A stretch of 42,694 nt of DNA from the NCBI GenBank assembly GCA_964348425.1, contig CAYGCV010000001.1:1-42694 (forward strand). Reading direction: 5' to 3'. Origin of the DNA: an uncultured Vicinamibacteraceae bacterium (GTDB taxonomy: Bacteria > Acidobacteriota > Vicinamibacteria > Vicinamibacterales > UBA8438). The position numbers and the translations under genes were made by a program. Of this stretch, positions 8,552-17,097 are shown one piece after another (position 1 is the first letter of the stretch; each line of letters opens with the position of its first letter). Below the pieces are notes generated by a model, which was given only the letters and a program-made list of their open reading frames with translations, was not told the origin of the DNA and ran no database searches.

Positions 8552-9481
8552 ATGCGCGACGTCATCATCATCGGATCGGGTCCGGCAGGGTTGACGGCCG
8601 CCCTCTATGCCGCGCGCGCCAATCTGAAGCCGCTGCTGATCGAGGGGCTGGAGTCGGGCGGCCAGTTGATGCTCACCACCGCCGTCGAGAACTATCCGGG
8701 GTTCCGCGACGGGGTCATGGGGCCGGACCTGATGGCGGAGATGCGCGCGCAGGCCGAGCGCTTCGGCACCGAGTTCATGCGCGGCGACGTCGTGAACGTC
8801 GACCTGACGGCCCCGAGCTTCGCCGTGGCGACCGGCGACGAGACGTACCGGGCACGGGCGCTCATCATCGCCACGGGCGCGTCGGCCCGGTTGCTGGGGC
8901 TGCCCTCGGAGCGTGCGCTGATGGGCCACGGCGTATCGACCTGCGCGACCTGCGACGGCTATTTCTTCCGCGACAAGCCGATTGCCGTCGTCGGCGGCGG
9001 CGACTCCGCGATGGAGGAGGCCACGTTCCTGACGAAGTTCGCCTCGCACGTGACGGTGGTGCATCGCCGCGACACGCTGCGGGCGTCGAAGATCATGCAG
9101 GACAAGGCGCTCGGCAATCCCAAGATTTCGTTCGAGTGGAACGCGGTCGTGGAGGAGGTCACCGACACGGAGAAGGGCGTGGTGACCGGGATTGTCCTGC
9201 GCGACGTGAACACGGGCGAGCGGAAGACGCTGCCGGTCGAGGGCGTGTTCGTCGCGATCGGGCATACGCCCAATACCCACCTGTTCAAGGACCAGCTCGA
9301 GCTCGATGCCGCAGGCTACATCGTGCCGCGCGGCGGCGCGCGGACGAGCGTCGCCGGCGTGTTCGCGGCCGGCGACGTGCAGGACCACGTCTACCGGCAG
9401 GCGGTCACCGCCGCCGGGTCGGGTTGCATGGCCGCGATCGACGCGGAGCGCTACCTCGAGAGCCTGCCGGCCGCGTCCTGA
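8552..9481 (+). CDS. trxB: Thioredoxin-disulfide reductase
   Basis: Track ORF 8378..9481 trimmed to '[22 protein letters not shown]'. Redox-active 'CATCDG'. NADPH site '[12 protein letters not shown]'. Confidence 0.93.
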   Translation: MRDVIIIGSGPAGLTAALYAARANLKPLLIEGLESGGQLMLTTAVENYPGFRDGVMGPDLMAEMRAQAERFGTEFMRGDVVNVDLTAPSFAVATGDETYRARALIIATGASARLLGLPSERALMGHGVSTCATCDGYFFRDKPIAVVGGGDSAMEEATFLTKFASHVTVVHRRDTLRASKIMQDKALGNPKISFEWNAVVEEVTDTEKGVVTGIVLRDVNTGERKTLPVEGVFVAIGHTPNTHLFKDQLELDAAGYIVPRGGARTSVAGVFAAGDVQDHVYRQAVTAAGSGCMAAIDAERYLESLPAAS

Positions 9482-9514
9482 CCGCCGGGGCCCGGCGCCG
9501 GTTCCCTGCGCCCG

Positions 9515-10579
9515 TCACTTTTCGATCCAGCCGCCGCCGAGAACTGTCGCGCCGTCGTAGAAGACCACCGCCTGCCCGGGCGTGATGGCCGGCTGGGCCT
9601 CGTCGAACTCGACGTGCGCGGCGCCGTCCTCGAGGACGCTGACCCGCGCCGGCGCGGCGGCGTGCCGGTGCCGGATTTGCGCGGCCACGCGCAGCGGGCT
9701 GGACGGTACGCGTCCGGCAATCCAGTTCACTGCGCCCGCGCGCAGCGTGGATCGCTCGAGCGCGGCCCGCGGCCCGACCGTCACCCGCCCCGACACGGCG
9801 TCCAGCTCGGTCACGTAGAGGGGCGCCGGCCCGGAGATGCCGAGGCCCCGGCGCTGGCCGACCGTGAAGCGGTGGACGCCGGCATGCCGCCCGAGCGTGC
9901 GGCCCGCGCCGTCCACGATGCGGCCCGGCCGCAGCGCGTCCGGCGCCCGGCGCGCCACGAGCGCCGCGTAGTCGCCGTCCGGGACGAAGCAGATCTCGTG
10001 GCTGTCCGGCTTGCCCGCGACCGGCAGCGAGCGGGCCTCGGCATAGGCGCGGACCTCCGGCTTGCGCCGTGCGCCCAGCGGGAAGCTCGCGCAGGCGAGC
10101 TGGGCCTGCGTCAGGTCGAACAGGAAGTACGACTGGTCCTTGGCCTCGTCCACGCCGCGCTGGAGCACATACGTGCCGTCCGCCGACCGCTCCACCCGCG
10201 CGTAGTGCCCGGTTGCGACCGCGGCGGCGCCCAGGCCGTGCGCCCGCTGCAGCAGGGCCGTGAACTTCAGGTCGCTGTTGCAGCGGACGCATGGGATGGG
10301 CGTGCGCGCGGCCGTGTACTCGCGCACGAAGCGCGACACCACCTGCTCGTCGAACTGCCGCTCGAAGTTGACGATGTAGTGCGGAATGCCCAGCCTGGCG
10401 GCCACCCGGCGGGCGTCGTGAAGGTCGTCGAGGCTGCAGCAACTGCCGAACTGCTGCCCGCCTTCGCGCTGGTCGTAGAGCTGCATCGACAGGCCGACGA
10501 CGTCGTGACCCTCCTCGGCCAGGAGCGCCGCGGCCACGGACGAGTCGACGCCGCCGGACATGGCGGCCACGATGCGCAT
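9515..10579 (-). CDS. mnmA: tRNA 2-thiouridine(34) synthase
   Basis: C-terminal part of track ORF 9515..11311, with real start at ATG 10579 ('MRIVAAMSGGVDSSVAA' PP-loop). Ends '...ATVLGGGWIEK'. Confidence 0.93.
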   Translation of the reverse strand: MRIVAAMSGGVDSSVAAALLAEEGHDVVGLSMQLYDQREGGQQFGSCCSLDDLHDARRVAARLGIPHYIVNFERQFDEQVVSRFVREYTAARTPIPCVRCNSDLKFTALLQRAHGLGAAAVATGHYARVERSADGTYVLQRGVDEAKDQSYFLFDLTQAQLACASFPLGARRKPEVRAYAEARSLPVAGKPDSHEICFVPDGDYAALVARRAPDALRPGRIVDGAGRTLGRHAGVHRFTVGQRRGLGISGPAPLYVTELDAVSGRVTVGPRAALERSTLRAGAVNWIAGRVPSSPLRVAAQIRHRHAAAPARVSVLEDGAAHVEFDEAQPAITPGQAVVFYDGATVLGGGWIEK

Positions 10580-10583
10580 CGCT

Positions 10584-11747
10584 TCACGCGCCAACGTGCT
10601 GGCCGGTGCGCGACAGCGCCCGCAGGCGCTCGACGACCTGCGGCATGATGCCGACCACGTGGTCGATCTGCTCGGTCGTGTTGCCGAGACCGAGGCTGAA
10701 GCGGATCGAGTTCTGGGTGCGGTGGGGCGGGAAGCCCATGGCGCGCAGCACGTGCGAGGGCTCGAGCGTGCCGGAGGAGCACGCCGATCCCGTGGAGACG
10801 GCCACCCCTTCGAGGTCGAGCGCGATGAGCAGGGACTCGGCCTCGACGCGGTCGAAGCTGATGTTCGTCGTGTTGGGCACCCGGCGGGCCGGGTCGCCGT
10901 TGACGACGGTGCCCGGCACGCCGGCCAGGATCCCGGCTTCGAGACGGTCCCGCAGGCCCGCGATGTCGCCCGGTCCGGCCTCCAGCTTCGCCCGGGCGAT
11001 GCGGGCGGCGGTGCCCAGCCCCGCGATGGCCGACACGTTCTCGGTACCCGCCCGGCGACGCCGCTCCTGCCCGCCGCCCGTCGTGGCCGCGACCAGCCGC
11101 CGGCCGCGCCGCACCCAGAGCGCGCCCGCGCCCTGCGGGCCGTTGAACTTGTGCGCCGACAGCGACAGCAGATCGACGCCGAGACGCTCCACGTCGACCG
11201 GGATCTTGCCGATCGACTGCACGGCGTCGGTGTGGAACAGGGCGCCCCGCGCATGCGCGATCGCCGCCAACTCCGCAAGCGGCTGGATCGTGCCGATCTC
11301 GTTGTTGGCATGCATGATCGAGACGAGGGCGGTCTCGGGGGTCAGCGCCGCCTCGAGCGCCTCCGGCGATACGATGCCGCGGCCGTCGACCGGGAGCAGC
11401 GTCGTGGTCCAACCGCGCCGGCCGAGCGCCTTCAGGGTGTTGAGGACCGCCTCGTGCTCGATGGCGCTCGCGACGAGCTGCCGCCGCGCCCCGGCGGCCT
11501 CGGCGGCGCCGCGGAGCGCCAGATTGTCCGCCTCGGTGCCGCCGCTCGTGAAGACGATCTCCTGCGGGCGGCCGCCGATCAGGTCGGCAACCGCGGCGCG
11601 CGCCACGTCGAGCCGCGACTTGGCTGTCTGTCCGAACGCGTGCACGCTCGACGCGTTGCCGAACTCGCCGCGCAGGACCGCGACGGTGGTCTCCAGCACC
11701 GCCGGCTCGAGCGGCGTCGTGGCATTGTGGTCGAGGTACACGTGCAT
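10584..11747 (-). CDS. Cysteine desulfurase (NifS/IscS family, PLP)
   Basis: 'YLDHNATTP', PLP-lysine 'SAHKFNGPQG', catalytic Cys loop 'STGSACSSG'. Lies 4 nt upstream of mnmA. Confidence 0.92.
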   Translation of the reverse strand: MHVYLDHNATTPLEPAVLETTVAVLRGEFGNASSVHAFGQTAKSRLDVARAAVADLIGGRPQEIVFTSGGTEADNLALRGAAEAAGARRQLVASAIEHEAVLNTLKALGRRGWTTTLLPVDGRGIVSPEALEAALTPETALVSIMHANNEIGTIQPLAELAAIAHARGALFHTDAVQSIGKIPVDVERLGVDLLSLSAHKFNGPQGAGALWVRRGRRLVAATTGGGQERRRRAGTENVSAIAGLGTAARIARAKLEAGPGDIAGLRDRLEAGILAGVPGTVVNGDPARRVPNTTNISFDRVEAESLLIALDLEGVAVSTGSACSSGTLEPSHVLRAMGFPPHRTQNSIRFSLGLGNTTEQIDHVVGIMPQVVERLRALSRTGQHVGA

Positions 11748-11765
11748 TCTGTCGATCTTACCATC

Positions 11766-11789
11766 GGGAACTTCCCGGGGAACTTCCCG
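11766..11789. promoter_or_regulatory. Perfect tandem of palindromic 12-mer (GGGAACTTCCCG)x2, a candidate operator
   Basis: Read directly. Each unit contains GGGAA-N-TTCCC. It lies in the divergent cysteine desulfurase/bactofilin spacer, abutting the minus-strand extended -10-like TGGTAAGAT (11763-11755). Confidence 0.45.
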
Positions 11790-11802
11790 GCCGGCGGGCT
11801 GC

Positions 11803-11832
11803 TAGACACGATCGGGCGCCTCCCCGTATACT
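11803..11832 (+). promoter_or_regulatory. Candidate sigma70-type promoter of the bactofilin operon
   Basis: TAGACA (11803-11808), 18 nt spacer, TATACT (11827-11832). About 50 nt upstream of ATG 11881, which has an AGGAG SD. Confidence 0.4.
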
Positions 11833-11880
11833 GCAAGCTCTGCGCCCGCATGGCCGCGGTGGCGCAGAATAGGAGCTCTG

Positions 11881-12405
11881 ATGGCCGCGATGTGGAAGCG
11901 CGAGGAGGGCACTGGCTCCTCCGAGTTGAAGATCAACCTGCAGTCGGGTGCGAAGCCTTCGTCGAGCGAGGTTGAGAGACGGCGTGGGGAGAACAGAGTG
12001 ACATCATCCGGGCCTGCTGTTGTGACTATTGGCAAGTCGATCGTCGTCAAGGGTGAGCTGAGCGGCAAGGAAGACCTGACAATCGAGGGTCGGGTCGAGG
12101 GGAAGGTCGATCTGAGCGAGCACGTGCTGACGATCGGCTCCAACGCGAAGCTCAAGGCGCAGGTGTCTGCAAAGTCCATCGTCGTGATTGGCCAGGTTAC
12201 CGGCAACATCGCCGCTTCCGAGCGGATCAGCATTCGCGAGGAAGGTTCGGTCGAGGGAGATATCGCCGCGCCGCGGGTGGCAATTGCCGAGGGCGCCACG
12301 TTTCGCGGCAGCATCGACATGCGGCGTGGTCAGGCCGCCAGGCCGGGCGGTGGGCAGCAGAGACCGGCCGAGCCGGGGCCGGCGGGGGGCACCCCCAAGC
12401 CGTAG
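11881..12405 (+). CDS. Bactofilin (polymer-forming cytoskeletal protein)
   Basis: Beta-helix repeats 'IGKSIVVKGELSGKEDLTIEGRVEGKVDL..LTIGSNAKLKAQVSAKSIVVIGQVTGNI..ISIREEGSVEGDIAAPRVAIAEGATFRGSIDM'. AGGAG SD 6 nt before the ATG. Confidence 0.85.
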   Translation: MAAMWKREEGTGSSELKINLQSGAKPSSSEVERRRGENRVTSSGPAVVTIGKSIVVKGELSGKEDLTIEGRVEGKVDLSEHVLTIGSNAKLKAQVSAKSIVVIGQVTGNIAASERISIREEGSVEGDIAAPRVAIAEGATFRGSIDMRRGQAARPGGGQQRPAEPGPAGGTPKP

Positions 12406-12462
12406 CCTCGTTCCCCGATCCCGTCTGGTTCCAGCAGCCAGAGCAACTCCCGGGGAGGACCC

Positions 12463-13107
12463 ATGATCGGCGCCCTCATGTCCAGGTTGGGACCGCGCCA
12501 GCGGGACCCTATCGGCGCGGTGCCTCTCAATCCGGCCAAGGTGCGCTCCGCGTGCCTGCTGGCCAATTTCGTCAACGCGCTGCGCAAGCAGCCCGAGCCG
12601 ATCGTGGTCGAGCTCGGCCCCGCCACCGAAGGCAACGTCGCGTTCCTGGGTGAGAACGTGGCCTGCAGGATCTTCGTGGAGGATCTGCTGGCGAAGCTGC
12701 CGCAGGGCGACGCGGACCACGACGTGGTGCTGCCACCGCTCGAGTACGCGAACGAGAGCGTCGACGGCATCCTGTGCTGGGACATATTCGACTATCTGAG
12801 TCCGAGCGCGGGCCAGGATCTGGCTGACGATCTGGCCCGCATCCTGCGCCCGGCCGGTGCCTTGCTGCTGTACCACCGCACCGAGAGCATGTCGGACCCG
12901 CGCCGGGTCAAGTACGAGATCGTCGACGAGGAGAGCCTCCGCTGGCGGGTCTGCAACGACGCCGTGCCGCGCCCGTCGCGGGTGCTCCAGAGCCGCGAGG
13001 TCGCGAAGCTGTTCCGTTCGCTGAACATCGCCGGCTCCATCCGGCTGAAGAGCCAGATGCGCGAGGTGCTGTTCCGGAAGTCGTCCGTGGTGGCCAGAGC
13101 AGGCTGA
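12463..13107 (+). CDS. Class I methyltransferase-fold protein with atypical glycine loop
   Basis: 'IVVELGPATEGN' (no GxGxG), acidic 'RIFVEDL', 'VDGILCWDIFDYL', 'LARILRPAGALLL'. GGGGAGGA SD just upstream. Confidence 0.5.
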   Translation: MIGALMSRLGPRQRDPIGAVPLNPAKVRSACLLANFVNALRKQPEPIVVELGPATEGNVAFLGENVACRIFVEDLLAKLPQGDADHDVVLPPLEYANESVDGILCWDIFDYLSPSAGQDLADDLARILRPAGALLLYHRTESMSDPRRVKYEIVDEESLRWRVCNDAVPRPSRVLQSREVAKLFRSLNIAGSIRLKSQMREVLFRKSSVVARAG

Positions 13108-13147
13108 CGTGATCGAGTCTGCCGCCGGGCGCAGGGGTGTGGGGTGA

Positions 13148-13939
13148 ATGGCGCGACCCGTCGTCGCCTTGTTGAGCGACTTTGGAACCCGGGATCACTA
13201 CGTGGGCGCCATGAAGGGCGTCATTCTCGGCATCTGCCCCGATGCCACGCTGGTCGACATCTCGCACGACATCCCGGCCCATGACGTGCTGACCGCGGGC
13301 CTCGAGCTTGCGGCGACCTACCGCTACTTTCCCGCGGGCAGCGTGTTCCTCGTCGTCATCGATCCCGGCGTCGGCTCCGAGCGCCGGGGCGTCGCCGCCG
13401 ATACGGGCGACTACCGCTTCGTGGCGCCGGACAACGGCGTGCTCACCGCGGTTCTCAACGAGGCGCCGCCGCGGCGCGTCGTCGAGCTGACCGAGCGCCG
13501 CTACGCCCGGCCGACGGTGAGCCGGACGTTCGAGGGCCGCGACCGCTTCGCGCCGGCCGCGGCCTGGGTCGCGAAGGGCGTGCAGCTCTCGGCGCTCGGC
13601 CGGCCCGTGACCGACTACCGCACCCTCGACCTGCCGGTGCCCGAGCTGGCGACCGACCGCATCGTGGGTTGCGTGCTGCGCGTCGATCGGTTCGGCAACC
13701 TCGTGTCGAACATCGATCGCAAGACCTTCGATCGGCTGGCGCAGCAGGGGGGCATCCAGATAGAGGTCGGCCCGCACGGCATCGACCGCCTGGTGGAGAC
13801 CTACGCGGACATCGGCGAGGACGAGGTCTGCGCCCTGTTCGGAAGCACGGAGCATCTCGAGTTCGCGGCGAACTCGACCAGCGCCGTCGAGCGGCTGGGC
13901 GTCGAGCGGGGCGCCGCCGTCGTCGTACGACAGGAGTAG
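13148..13939 (+). CDS. SAM hydroxide adenosyltransferase / SAM hydrolase (DUF62, chlorinase-fluorinase fold)
   Basis: 'VALLSDFGTRDHYVGAMKGVILGICP', 'LVVIDPGVGSERRGV', 'FVAPDNGVLT', 'GRDRFAPAAAW' are typical DUF62 landmarks. Confidence 0.85.
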   Translation: MARPVVALLSDFGTRDHYVGAMKGVILGICPDATLVDISHDIPAHDVLTAGLELAATYRYFPAGSVFLVVIDPGVGSERRGVAADTGDYRFVAPDNGVLTAVLNEAPPRRVVELTERRYARPTVSRTFEGRDRFAPAAAWVAKGVQLSALGRPVTDYRTLDLPVPELATDRIVGCVLRVDRFGNLVSNIDRKTFDRLAQQGGIQIEVGPHGIDRLVETYADIGEDEVCALFGSTEHLEFAANSTSAVERLGVERGAAVVVRQE

Positions 13940-13940
13940 G

Positions 13941-15191
13941 ATGATCGACCTGGAGCTCACGGAAGAACAGCGCCTGCTGCAGCAGTCCGTGCGCGAATGG
14001 GGCGCCCGCGAGATCGCCCCCCGCATCCACGACCTCGATCGCCAGCATCGGTTCGACGCGGGCATCCTGCCGCGGATGGCGTCGCTCGGCCTGTTGGGCA
14101 TCAGCATCCCCGCCGAGTACGGGGGCGCCGGCATGGACTACGTCAGCCTCGGGCTGGCCTGCGAGGAGCTCGAGTACCTCGACACGTCGCTGCGCGTCAT
14201 CATGTCGGTGCACGCGGGGCTCAACTCGCTCAGCCTGCTGAGCTGGGGCACGGAGGCGCAACGCCGGCAGTATCTCGTCCCCCAGGCGCGCGGCGAGAAG
14301 ATCGGCGGCTACGGCCTGACCGAGCCGGGGGCGGGCAGCGACGTGCGGGCGATCCAGTCGGTTGCCGTGAAGCGCGACGGCTGCTGGGTGCTGACCGGCG
14401 AGAAGACCTGGATCTCGCTGGCCGGCGTGGCGGATCACTTTCTCGTCTTCGCCTGGAGCGACCGCGAGAAGAAGCAGCGGCGCGACATCTCGGGGATCAG
14501 CGCGTTCATCGTCGAGCGGGGGTACCCCGGCTTCTCCAGCGGGGCGCTCGAGGAGAAGTGGGGCATTCTGGCCGGGAACACCGGATTCTTCAAGCTGGAC
14601 GAGGTGGAGGTGCCCGAGGCCAACCTGCTCGGCCGGGAAGGCGAGGGGTTCAAGATCGCGATGTTCGCGCTCGACCAGGGGCGCTACACGGTGGCGGCGG
14701 GCGCCACCGGCCTCATCCGGGCGTGCCGGGACGCCAGCGTGCGCTACGCGACCGAGCGGCGGACCTTCGGCGTGCCGATCAGCCAGCATCAGCTCGTGAA
14801 GGAGATGATCGCGCAGATGGAGTCCGACTACCAGGCCGCCCGTCTGCTGTGGCTGCGTAGCGGCTGGCTCAAGAACCTGGGCCGGCGCGACACGCGCGAG
14901 ACGGGTCTGGCCAAGTGGTTCGCGACCGTGGCTTCCGAGCGCGCGGCCGGCGATGCCGTCCAGATTCACGGCGCGAACGGCTACTCCGACGAATACCCGG
15001 TCGGGCGCTTCTACCGCAACTGCAAGGGCGCCGTCATCTACGAGGGCACCCGCGAGATTCACAAGCTGATGCAGGCCGACTACGCGCTGGGGTACCGCAC
15101 CGACAGGGAGGCGCGCTGCACGCTGCCGCCGTACCGCGAGGGGGAGCCGGCCGGGCGGGAATCTGCGCCGAGGGAGCACGATGCGGGCTGA
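13941..15191 (+). CDS. Acyl-CoA dehydrogenase
   Basis: '[22 protein letters not shown]', '[12 protein letters not shown]', '[30 protein letters not shown]'. About 30-aa C-terminal tail overlaps the glpX start by 11 nt. Confidence 0.9.
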   Translation: MIDLELTEEQRLLQQSVREWGAREIAPRIHDLDRQHRFDAGILPRMASLGLLGISIPAEYGGAGMDYVSLGLACEELEYLDTSLRVIMSVHAGLNSLSLLSWGTEAQRRQYLVPQARGEKIGGYGLTEPGAGSDVRAIQSVAVKRDGCWVLTGEKTWISLAGVADHFLVFAWSDREKKQRRDISGISAFIVERGYPGFSSGALEEKWGILAGNTGFFKLDEVEVPEANLLGREGEGFKIAMFALDQGRYTVAAGATGLIRACRDASVRYATERRTFGVPISQHQLVKEMIAQMESDYQAARLLWLRSGWLKNLGRRDTRETGLAKWFATVASERAAGDAVQIHGANGYSDEYPVGRFYRNCKGAVIYEGTREIHKLMQADYALGYRTDREARCTLPPYREGEPAGRESAPREHDAG

Positions 15192-16167
15192 GGAACTGTC
15201 ACAGTCGTTTCTCGATGTCGTCGAGCAGGCGGCCATCGCCTGCGCCCACACGATGGGCCAGGGCGACCGCCACCGGTCCGACCGGGTCGCGGTCGAGGCG
15301 ATGCGCGCGCGGCTCGACCACGTGCCCATCGACGGCCGGGTGGTGATCGGCGAGGGGGAGCGCGACCAGGCGCCGATGCTCTACATCGGCGAGCGCGTCG
15401 GTCGCGGCGCCGCGGGCGACGAGGGACTGCCGGAGATCGACATCGCGGTCGATCCGCTGGAGGGGACCAACCTCTGCGCGACGGGCGCGCCGCGCGCCAT
15501 CGCGGTGCTCGCGGCGTCCGAGCGGGGCGGCCTGCTGCACGCGCCCGACGTGTACATGCAGAAGCTCGTCGTCGGGGCCCAGTCGAAGCGGTCGGTCGAC
15601 CTCGACGCGCCGGTCGCGCACAACCTGCAGCAGATCGCCAAGTGCCTCGATCGCGAGGTGTCGGACCTCGTCGTCGTCGTCCTCGATCGGGAGCGGCACG
15701 CGGGCCTGATCGGCGAGATTCGGGCGGCCGGCGCGCGCATTCGGCTCATCGGCGACGGCGACCTCACGGCGGCCATCGGCGCCGCGGTGGTCGGCAGCGG
15801 CATCCACGCCGTCATGGGCAGCGGCGGCGCGCCGGAGGGCGTGATTGCGGCCGCGGCCATGCGCTGCCTGGGCGGCGAGATCTTCGCCCGGTTGATCCTC
15901 GACACCCCCGAGAAGCAGGCGCGCGCGCGGTCGATGGGCATCGAGGACACGAGCAAGGTGTACACCTCGGCCGAGCTGGCTTCGGGCCAGCGGATCACGT
16001 TCGCCGCGACCGGCGTCACCGAGGGCGCCCTGATGAAGGGCGTGCGGTTCTTCGGCGAGGGCTGCCGGACGAGCTCGGTCGTCATGCAGACCAATCCGCA
16101 CCGCGTCCAGTTCATCGACACGATCCACGTCAAGGAACAGGCGGGCCGGCGGGGACTGAGATTCTAA
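15181..16167 (+). CDS. glpX: Class II fructose-1,6-bisphosphatase
   Basis: '[17 protein letters not shown]', '[12 protein letters not shown]', '[10 protein letters not shown]', '[20 protein letters not shown]' match GlpX. Confidence 0.92.
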   Translation: MRAEELSQSFLDVVEQAAIACAHTMGQGDRHRSDRVAVEAMRARLDHVPIDGRVVIGEGERDQAPMLYIGERVGRGAAGDEGLPEIDIAVDPLEGTNLCATGAPRAIAVLAASERGGLLHAPDVYMQKLVVGAQSKRSVDLDAPVAHNLQQIAKCLDREVSDLVVVVLDRERHAGLIGEIRAAGARIRLIGDGDLTAAIGAAVVGSGIHAVMGSGGAPEGVIAAAAMRCLGGEIFARLILDTPEKQARARSMGIEDTSKVYTSAELASGQRITFAATGVTEGALMKGVRFFGEGCRTSSVVMQTNPHRVQFIDTIHVKEQAGRRGLRF

Positions 16168-16174
16168 TATTAGA

Positions 16175-16293
16175 CGGGGCTGCGCCCCGAACCCCCGGCG
16201 TCCGCTTGCGGGGGCCCCATTGCCCCGCGCCGCTCCCGCCGAGCCGCGCCGTGCGCGGCTTGGGGCCACCGTGACGGGGGCTCTGGTGGCCCC
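16175..16293. other. Cluster of four GC-rich stem-loops in the glpX-tsaC spacer (terminators or structured RNA)
   Basis: H1 CGGGGC-TGC-GCCCCG (16175-16189). H2 CCCCCG-N11-CGGGGG (16192-16214). H3 AGCCGCGC-CGT-GCGCGGCT (16242-16260). H4 GGGGCCACC-N14-GGTGGCCCC (16262-16293). Preceded by the 12-bp perfect palindrome TCTAATATTAGA (16163-16174), which spans the glpX stop. Confidence 0.4.
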
Positions 16294-16295
16294 TT

Positions 16296-16454
16296 CTAGG
16301 CCGCGTCGGGCGGGTCGCGGTCGTTCTTGCGGTGCTTGCGGCGCCGCGGGGGACGCTTGGTCTTGTCCTCGTGCGGGCCGCCCCGCTGGCGGGGCAGGGG
16401 GACGCGCGGGCGGCGCGGCTTGCGGGGGGGCCTGGTCCCTGCCGCTGTCGTCAT
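16296..16454 (-). CDS. Possible 52-aa highly basic Arg/Pro/Lys-rich small protein (uncertain)
   Basis: ATG 16454 to TAG 16296: 'MTTAAGTRPPRKPRRPRVPLPRQRGGPHEDKTKRPPRRRKHRKNDRDPPDAA'. Uses the preferred AAG Lys codon, whereas the opposite-strand frame needs rare TTG Leu. A 9-bp stem-loop follows its stop. Its start overlaps the tsaC start head-to-head, which argues against it. Confidence 0.2.
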   Translation of the reverse strand: MTTAAGTRPPRKPRRPRVPLPRQRGGPHEDKTKRPPRRRKHRKNDRDPPDAA

Positions 16455-17097
16455 GTCTGATCCTACGCCGATCCGGATTCCGATCGACTCGCTGGCGCCC
16501 GCCCCGGCCGCCGTCGAGGAGGCGGTGCGCGTGCTGCGGCGGGGCGGGCTGGTGGCGTATCCCACCGATACGCTCTACGGGCTCGGCGCGGACCCGCGCC
16601 GGACGGAGGCCGTCGAGCGGCTGTTTCGGGCCAAGGGGCGGGCGGCGGACAAGGCGGTGCCGCTCGTTGCCGGCGATCTGCGGCAGGTCGAGCGGCAGGT
16701 CGGCTTGCTGACGCCGCTGGCCCGACGGCTCGCGCGGCGGTTCTGGCCCGGTCCGCTCACTCTGGTGATCGTGGCGGCGCCCACGCTCGACCGCCGCCTC
16801 CTGGCGCAGGGCGATACCGTCGCGGTGCGCGTTCCCGACCTGCCGCTGGCACGCGCGCTGGCGCAGGCGCTGGAGGCGCCGCTCACCGCGACCAGCGCCA
16901 ACCGCTCCGGCGAGACGCCGCCGACGACCGCCGCGGCGACCGTGACCGCGCTGGGGTCGCGCGTGGCGCTCGTGCTGGACGGCGGTCCCGCGACGGCGGC
17001 CGAGCCGTCCACGATCGTCGACGCGCGCGGTGCGTCTCCCGTGCTGCTCAGGCCCGGCGTGGTCGCCTGGGAGCGCGTGCTAGAATCGCTGAGGTGA
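16453..17097 (+). CDS. tsaC: L-threonylcarbamoyladenylate synthase (YrdC/Sua5 domain)
   Basis: Track ORF 16327..17097 trimmed to 'MSDPTPIRI'. 'YPTDTLYGLGADP', 'KGRAADKAVPLV', 'FWPGPLTLV', 'TATSANRSGE'. Confidence 0.88.
   Translation: MSDPTPIRIPIDSLAPAPAAVEEAVRVLRRGGLVAYPTDTLYGLGADPRRTEAVERLFRAKGRAADKAVPLVAGDLRQVERQVGLLTPLARRLARRFWPGPLTLVIVAAPTLDRRLLAQGDTVAVRVPDLPLARALAQALEAPLTATSANRSGETPPTTAAATVTALGSRVALVLDGGPATAAEPSTIVDARGASPVLLRPGVVAWERVLESLR

Noticed and set aside
10580-11311. Upstream extension of the mnmA ORF (598-aa track ORF 9515..11311)
   Set aside because: The extension overlaps the cysteine desulfurase gene out of frame. The PP-loop N-terminus 'MRIVAAMSGGVDSS' at ATG 10579 is the canonical MnmA start.
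16220-16711. Plus-strand 163-aa ORF and the 16327 upstream extension of tsaC across the structured spacer
   Set aside because: The frames are Arg/Gly/Ala-rich, need rare TTG codons, and run through four hairpins. The YrdC-like sequence only begins at ATG 16453.
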